Below are positions 61,803 through 64,000 of a stretch of DNA of 64,000 bases, one piece after another. The stretch covers positions 47,988,001 through 48,052,000 of the forward strand of contig OX597822.1 in NCBI GenBank assembly GCA_951406725.2, written 5' to 3'. Each line of letters opens with the position of its first letter. Positions within the stretch are counted from its first letter, which is position 1. The notes beneath the pieces are model-generated. The model saw nothing but the letters and a program-made list of their open reading frames with translations, did not search any database and was not told where the DNA came from. Position numbers and translations under genes: made by a program. The stretch comes from Octopus vulgaris. Its lineage: Eukaryota.

Positions 61803-62417
61803 TAATTCAAGATGATGAAGTCTTTTGAAAAGAATTTAACAAAATAACTCTGTTTTTTTTCTCTACTTATGGTTGTGTGGCTAAGAAGTTTGCTCTCCAG
61901 CCAAGTGGTCACAGGTTCAGTTCCATTGTGTGGCATATTGAGCAAGTGTCTTCTACTGTGGTTTCAGGCTTACCAGCGCCTTATGAGTGAGTTTGGTAGA
62001 TGGAAACTGTAAAGTGGTTGGTGTTAGGAAGGGCATCCAGCCATAGAAACCATGCCAAAACAGACAAGTGAAGCCCGGTGTGGCTCTTCATCTGGGCAGC
62101 TCCTGTCAAACTGTCCAACCCATGCCAGCATGGAAAGCAGACATTAAATGATGATGAGCTAGCAATTATTTCCTTGATACCATTCTTGAAACTTGGTAAA
62201 AGACTTGTATTTGAAAAGAACACTGAAACTTTCTCTGTTGAATTTTATTGTATAAATCTCTTAAAAATTGGTAAGAGTTAGCTACAGGAAAGGCATGTTG
62301 AATGTTAGCATGGAAAAACAGGTTGACTTTTATCTATGTTGTTAACTCCTGTTCTTTGAGCCATTGTTGAATGCAGGAATGTTAAATGCTGATGTTGGAA
62401 AACTCTTTTGATTTCAG

Positions 62418-62595
62418 AATGGAAGATGCCGACCAGGGACCATATGCCATTATCTTAGCTCCAACCAGAGAATTGGCACAACAGATTGAAGAAGAGACTA
62501 TCAAGTTTGGAACTGCCTTAGGAATTCGTACAGTTGCTGTCATTGGAGGTATATCTCGAGAGGAGCAAGGTTTCAAATTACGACAAGGCTGTGAA
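62418..62595 (+). CDS. DDX23: DDX23 coding exon 10 (motif Ia)
   Basis: [27 protein letters not shown]...[17 protein letters not shown]. Confidence 0.96.
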
Positions 62596-63355
62596 GTAAG
62601 TTCTTTGCGACTGCTAATAATAAGAACAATAATAATAATGATTATTTCTAATTTTGGCTCAAAGCCAGCAGTTTTGAGTGGGGGAAGCAAGTTAATTACA
62701 TTGACCCCAGTACTTTGTTATATTGGCCCTGAAAGGATGAAAGGTAAAGTTGACCATGGCAGGATTTGAACTCAGTATGTTAGGAGCTGGAAGAAATACC
62801 ATTGAGCATTTTGTCCAACATAACTCGCAATGTTGCCATTTTGCTTTTACTTTGGGGGTTAACAAAAGCAGCATTCCACACTTTGATCATCTTCCTTTCT
62901 CAGGGTATTGTTAGGTAAAAAAAATTAAAACTTAAAAAAAAAGGTCCAATTTCCATTTAAAAAAAAACAACTTATTCCTCACAAACCTGTGTTTCCCCAT
63001 CAAAAGACTAGGAAACAAACCAAAGAGATAACCACTGTGTAGCCACTCAATCTGCTAGAAATAATAGTCAATACTCTCTCAAAATCATATTTTACTGTCT
63101 TAAATAAAGGTAGGATATATAAAATTACATCAACCCCAGTGCTCAGCTGGTACTTATTTTAGATAGTGTAATCATTAGATAATGTAAAACATAGGTGCCT
63201 CTAAAAGACATGATGGTCATAACTGGAATGTCTTTGATCATAAATCTACTTGATCAGAGTTAATTAGGGACAGAATCTGACCTTTGACCTCCCTTCCAAG
63301 AAGATTAGTTATTAATGGTGATGTTTTTTTTTGTTTCTTTTTCATTGCAATGTAG

Positions 63356-64000
<645 letters not shown>

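Overview
Eukaryotic, AT-rich, repeat-dense animal DNA. The SINE and microsatellite landscape resembles an octopus (coleoid cephalopod), but that is an inference. Two divergently transcribed, spliced protein-coding genes were reconstructed by hand. AVL9 is on the minus strand: 5 coding exons from the ATG at 23077 down to 673, continuing off the left edge. DDX23/PRP28 is on the plus strand: ATG at 43771, 12 constitutive coding exons plus one candidate cassette exon or microexon, running off the right edge. The ~20 kb between them holds a locally amplified cluster of intron-containing tRNA-Ile(UAU) genes: 6 intact-looking copies, 1 rearranged pseudogene fused to a SINE, and 1 remnant. Every copy carries an unusual A12:C23 D-stem mismatch and a hairpin-forming intron, and the intact copies share an upstream AT-rich element at near-fixed spacing. 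Several hammerhead-ribozyme-like motifs are present, including a full type I fold between two convergent tRNA copies. The rest is SINEs, LINE fragments (R4/Dong, RTE, CR1/L2-like), Tc1/mariner, hAT and piggyBac MITEs, long foldback elements and microsatellites. Most ORFs in the supplied track are artefacts. All coordinates were read by eye, and repeat boundaries are approximate.
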